A stretch of 21,166 bases of DNA, taken from Candidatus Eiseniibacteriota bacterium (lineage in GTDB: Bacteria; Eisenbacteria; RBG-16-71-46; CAZEPH01). Shown piece by piece: positions 18,109-21,166 of this stretch. How positions within the stretch are numbered: the stretch's first letter is position 1; each line of letters starts with the position of its first letter. Location: assembly GCA_044229145.1 (NCBI GenBank), contig JBGATO010000071.1, forward strand, positions 1 to 21,166, in the 5' to 3' direction. The position numbers and the translations under genes were made by a program. The notes under the pieces are model-generated. The model had not been told where the DNA came from and searched no databases. It saw only the letters and a program-made list of their open reading frames with translations.

Positions 18109-19346
18109 CGGGCCATCCCTCCCGCAAAGGTCGGCAAGGAGGTGAATGCCTCCCCCGTCGAACTCCAGCAGCGCGCGGGCCGATGGGGCCACGTGCGGTG
18201 TTTGGCGATGTCGAGGACAGGCAGCAACGGCGCGCTGGAAGGCGGTTGTTTCTGCCTCCTTGGCGCGGTGGCAACAGCGCCAGGTCGGCGTCTTGCTCGT
18301 AGCTGCCGCTGCTGCGGGGCCTAGAGGCCGGGCGTCTTGTCGGCTTCTTCGCGAACTGGTTGCGCCAGCGCATGAGCACGGTGCAGGCCAGCCATAGGGG
18401 CGAGCGCCTTGAGGCGGCCGGTGATCTCCTCGTGCTGCTGGAGAATCGGCGCTTTGCGGTCGCTGCCGACGTGCTCGTTGCCGTAGTCCACGACGAGCAA
18501 CCTGCGGCGTGCGGGCGGTAGGCGGGCCACTTCCGTCTCGAGCCGCGTGATGCTCCAGCGGGACGCCGGGAGCAGGTGCAGCAGGGCGGCGTCGAGGGTG
18601 TCGCGGGCCTGCTGGTCGCTGTGGCCGTGCTGCGCTTCCAAGTGCGGATGAGGCGCGCGCCCATTCCGGGGGCGGTCATCTCGAGGCCCAGACCAGCCAC
18701 GGGTCCGTGCTGCTGGGCGACATGGGCGGCGATCTGCCCAGCGATGGTGGTTTCCGCATGGGGCGAGCGCCGGGACCACGAGCCAGCCCGGCCGCCACGG
18801 GCGGGTGATGGCGTCGATCTGCCGGAGGCCGGTCGTGAGGCCGGTGCCGGGTTGGTGGCCCTCGCGGCGCAAGGTGAGGGCGGCGTCGAGGTGATCGGCG
18901 CGGGTCACGGTCTTGGTGGGCGCGGCGAGGGTGAGGGTTTCGCGCAGCGCCACTTCGGCGGCCTCGGGGTCGGCTTCCACGTCGCGCGCAAAGGCGCGGC
19001 CGGCGGCCATCAGCTTGCGGCGGCGATGCTGCTCGGCGCAGGCGGCGGCGGCGGACTGGACGGCGGCGAGGCTGATAAACGCGGGTTCGCCGTCCTCGAG
19101 CAGCCCCGTCACGCTGGCGGCGTTCCACTCCGGGGCGGTGCCGTGGGTGCAGGCTTCGATCACGGCGAGCATCCCGGCGCGTGGATCGGCGGCGGCCACG
19201 GCGCAGATCGTCTCGTACAGCCGCCGCGCGGCGTCGGAGGCGAACGGCCCGGCGAGGGGCGATCCGGCGTCGGCGATCTCGAGCGCCCAGCGCGGCGTAC
19301 AGGCCAGGGCGCCGAGGAGGCGGTATTCCAGCGGGAGGCGGCTCAT
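18105..19346 (-). pseudogene. DnaB-like replicative helicase with multiple frameshifts in the C-terminal half
   Basis: Start MSRLPLEYRLLGAL (ATGA overlap at 19343-19346). Contains GLTTGLRQIDAIT..W.PGWLVV, a broken Walker A (GARP..GK) at about 18750-18775, LEMT, Walker B LLVVDY, SGSYEQDADL and LDIAKHR..GP, spread across three frames. Confidence 0.85.
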
Positions 19347-20101
19347 TGGGACAGCTCCGGGTTCGCGGCGAGGAGAGCGGCGAAGCGGGGGTCGTCGCAG
19401 GACGCAGCGGCCCGCCGGGCTTGCGGAGGGTCGGACTCCCAGTCTCGGCGCTTGAGGAAGCGTTCCGGCCAGACGATCTTGGTCGCGTCCCGCCATTGCT
19501 CCGAGGTGCGCCACCGGGACAAGCCTGCGGCGCAGGCGTCTCGGTCGGACTCCGACAGGGCGCGCCAGAGTGCCAGGCACTCCGCCTTGGCGTGGCGGCG
19601 GGCCGCCGGGTAGGGCTGCCAGAAGCGGGCGTCGAAGTCGGCCGCGTCCGCCGCGCGCAGCGCGGAAGGGTCTTTCTTCTGTTCTACTCTACTCTGCTCT
19701 ACTCTTGGCACCCGGACATCCTGCGGACATCCACCCTCTGTCCGCACGCTGTCCGCGCGGACACGCTGCTTGCGTGTTGTGTCTAACTGACGACGGCGCT
19801 CTAGTTTGCCGCCGTATGTCTCCCACTCGTGGACGCTGAGTGCTCCAGAGTGGTCATCGAGGAGTGCTACCCGTTGGAGGGCGACCACCCAGCGCTCCGC
19901 GTTGCCTGACCACCCGGCGGCGCGGGCCAGGGATTTGGCGCTCACGCCGTCCAAGCGCCCGCCCGGCGCGTTGTCGACGGCCCAGGTCCAGAATGTTACG
20001 AGACACCCGACGATGTGCGCCGGGGAGACGCGCAAGTCGTCGGCGAGCGCGAGCACCTTGCGATGCGTCGGCAGCGTTTGGTCGATCTTGATCCAGGCCA
20101 C
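19343..20101 (-). CDS. Phage replication initiator/replisome organiser protein
   Basis: GTG start at 20101 after GGGAGAG. MAWIKID..LPTHRKV N-terminus, HEWETY...RRQLDTTRKQRVR, VEQSRVEQ linker, and C-terminal FDARFWQPYP...K..C..LW...WPERFL..RDWE. Directly upstream of the helicase. Confidence 0.85.
   Translation of the reverse strand: MAWIKIDQTLPTHRKVLALADDLRVSPAHIVGCLVTFWTWAVDNAPGGRLDGVSAKSLARAAGWSGNAERWVVALQRVALLDDHSGALSVHEWETYGGKLERRRQLDTTRKQRVRADSVRTEGGCPQDVRVPRVEQSRVEQKKDPSALRAADAADFDARFWQPYPAARRHAKAECLALWRALSESDRDACAAGLSRWRTSEQWRDATKIVWPERFLKRRDWESDPPQARRAAASCDDPRFAALLAANPELSQ
19671..19763. repeat. Putative replication origin: five (G)CGGACA iterons plus a strand-biased AT-richer pentamer tract
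   Basis: CGGACA at 19713, GCGGACA at 19723 and 19757, inverted TGTCCGC at 19739 and 19750. Adjacent tract tctttcttctgttctactctactctgctctactctt at 19671-19706. Confidence 0.6.
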
Positions 20102-20103
20102 GG

Positions 20104-20373
20104 CTACTCTCCCATCCGGAGATAGGCGCGGAGCGTCGGATCGCACGGTTCCTCAAAGGCCAGAAACCCCTGATCGGCCAAGCGGCGGAGAGCGCGGCGC
20201 GTGCCCGTCACGGTCAGACCCGCGTGGCGGGCCAGGTCGGTCAGGGGCATTTCGATGTGCCAGGGGTCATCTTGTGGGGGATCCTCGTCCACGGCATCCG
20301 CCAAGGCGAGAAGAAGCAGTTTGTCGCGTGGCGTCACAGATTGCGTCCACGCCCATTCCCAATACTCGTGCAT
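20104..20373 (-). CDS. Winged-helix DNA-binding protein (resembles the N-terminal HTH of phage initiators)
   Basis: AGGAGG RBS; WAW.Q...DKLLLLALAD...LARHAGLT....RRALRRLADQGFL. Confidence 0.8.
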   Translation of the reverse strand: MHEYWEWAWTQSVTPRDKLLLLALADAVDEDPPQDDPWHIEMPLTDLARHAGLTVTGTRRALRRLADQGFLAFEEPCDPTLRAYLRMGE

Positions 20374-20378
20374 TACAA

Positions 20379-20440
20379 CCTCCTAGCGGTAAGGGCGGGA
20401 CCGGGCGCCGCTAGACGCCCAGCCCCTAACCGTCCGCCCC
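20379..20440 (-). promoter_or_regulatory. Putative structured leader RNA (hairpin/pseudoknot) overlapping the RBS
   Basis: Minus-strand hairpin GGGGCUGGGCGU-CUAGCG-GCGCCCGGUCCC. Its loop region CUAGCGG is complementary to CCGCUAG, which runs into the AGGAGG RBS. Confidence 0.5.
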
Positions 20441-20481
20441 GGCCAGGGGCGCACAGCTTCGATCACGCGCTGGCCCGCGTG

Positions 20482-20823
20482 CTATGTCTCGTCGGGCACG
20501 GTACCAGACGGGGACGACGCTTTCAAGCTGGGGACGACCTCGGTCGCATCGCCCAGCCATATCACACAGAGCCATTCCCTGCGATCGTCGCGGACGAGCG
20601 CCACGGGCACCTTGCCGGGCTGCGTGGCGGCGGCTTGGTCGAGGGCGGCGTAGAGTTGGCTGAACGCCCGCGCCCGGCGCTTGACCTCGAGCGCGTAGGG
20701 GTAGGCGTCCGGCGTGGCGAGGTCGCCCGCGTGCAGGCCGTTGCGGGCGTTGCGCGGAAAGCCGAGCAGGTGGCCGACTTCGCGCTCGGCGCTGGCGCCC
20801 TTGCGGCGGCTGTGCGCGCTCAT
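20482..20823 (-). CDS. PD-(D/E)xK nuclease, Holliday junction resolvase-like
   Basis: Start [15 protein letters not shown] (ATGA overlap at 20820-20823). Motifs GD, LEVKRR, QA, PV.LVR.DRREWL. Confidence 0.8.
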   Translation of the reverse strand: MSAHSRRKGASAEREVGHLLGFPRNARNGLHAGDLATPDAYPYALEVKRRARAFSQLYAALDQAAATQPGKVPVALVRDDRREWLCVIWLGDATEVVPSLKASSPSGTVPDET

Positions 20824-21032
20824 GACGCCCCCCTCCCCCCCGGCGGCGCCGCGGGCGGCCGGTGGAAGAGCGACAGCGCGGGCCGCGTCTCCGTCCACGC
20901 CTCGGGCGTCTCGCGCGCCCAGGTCCAGCCACGCGCGCGCCAGGCGGTGAGGGTGACGGCGCACGGTTCGCCACGCCCCAAGGCGGCTTCCTGGGCGGTG
21001 CCGGTGCGGTCGCGGGCGATGTAGATGCTCAT
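20820..21032 (-). CDS. Hypothetical protein (70 aa)
   Basis: ATGA overlaps at both ends; GGAGG upstream. Confidence 0.6.
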   Translation of the reverse strand: MSIYIARDRTGTAQEAALGRGEPCAVTLTAWRARGWTWARETPEAWTETRPALSLFHRPPAAPPGGRGAS

Positions 21033-21166
21033 AGCGCCAACACCTCCTGCGACAACCGCTTGGCCGCAATCGCGCAGTAGCGTTCCTCGATCTCGATGCC
21101 GATAGCCTTGCGGCCTAACTGCTTGGCAGCGACGAGTACAGGCCCGCTGCCACAGTAGGGGTCAAG
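21029..21166 (-). CDS. DNA methyltransferase (N6-adenine/N4-cytosine, beta class), C-terminal fragment cut by the window edge
   Basis: Manual translation [45 protein letters not shown], containing SAM-binding motif I (DPxxGSG) at the C-terminus. Absent from the ORF track. Confidence 0.9.
   Translation of the reverse strand, partial: LDPYCGSGPVLVAAKQLGRKAIGIEIEERYCAIAAKRLSQEVLAL

Larger units (their letters stand above)
1..21166 (-). mobile_element. P22-like (podovirus-type) phage or prophage segment: replication, packaging, head, tail and ejection modules
   Basis: Co-oriented, tightly packed genes with ATGA/TAATG overlaps in the order terminase, portal, scaffold, coat, adaptor, gp10-like, ejection proteins. 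No host housekeeping genes, integrase or att site are visible in the window. Confidence 0.95.

Noticed and set aside
17321..18900. Alternative genetic code or stop-codon readthrough
   Set aside because: The breaks are frame changes rather than in-frame stops, and all three stop codons terminate intact genes elsewhere in the window.
19671..19763. CRISPR or mini-array
   Set aside because: Repeats are only 5-9 nt, lack unique spacers, and lie inside a coding gene.
815..19786. Many long plus-strand ORFs (e.g. 815-2011, 6452-7786, 8826-10562, 12004-14343, 16378-17676, 18576-19613)
   Set aside because: Arg/His/Ala-rich antisense shadows of real minus-strand genes, expected in high-GC DNA; no motifs or RBS support.
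20482..21166. Restriction-modification pair (methyltransferase plus PD-(D/E)xK nuclease)
   Set aside because: The nuclease is only about 113 aa with the SRxKG..ERE / EVK resolvase-like signature common in phage early regions, so it is unlikely to be a restriction enzyme.

Overview
GC-rich temperate-phage-like segment with a P22-type (podovirus) virion module. Every credible gene is on the minus strand. From right to left: the C-terminus of a DNA methyltransferase, a PD-(D/E)xK resolvase-like nuclease, an HTH protein, a replication initiator with an internal origin-like iteron cluster, a DnaB-like helicase, small HicA-like and LexA-HTH-like genes, small and large terminase, three putative head/virion accessory genes, portal, scaffold, coat protein, head-tail adaptor, a gp10-like tail protein, small tail genes, and ejection (DNA transfer) proteins. 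Two zones (about 1-905 and 17321-18900) are dense in frameshifts, which hides several genes from the ORF track; this could be sequencing/assembly noise or real decay. The most notable hidden signal is at 1-905. It is a diverged second copy of part of the large ejection-protein gene, carrying a roughly 400-bp lower-GC insertion that reads, across frameshifts, as an ART-PolyVal-like ADP-ribosyltransferase domain. This suggests a swappable effector domain in an injected protein. Also notable are a putative RBS-sequestering pseudoknot upstream of the replication genes and a lambda-like origin inside the initiator gene. All family assignments come from motif recognition by eye; no searches were run.
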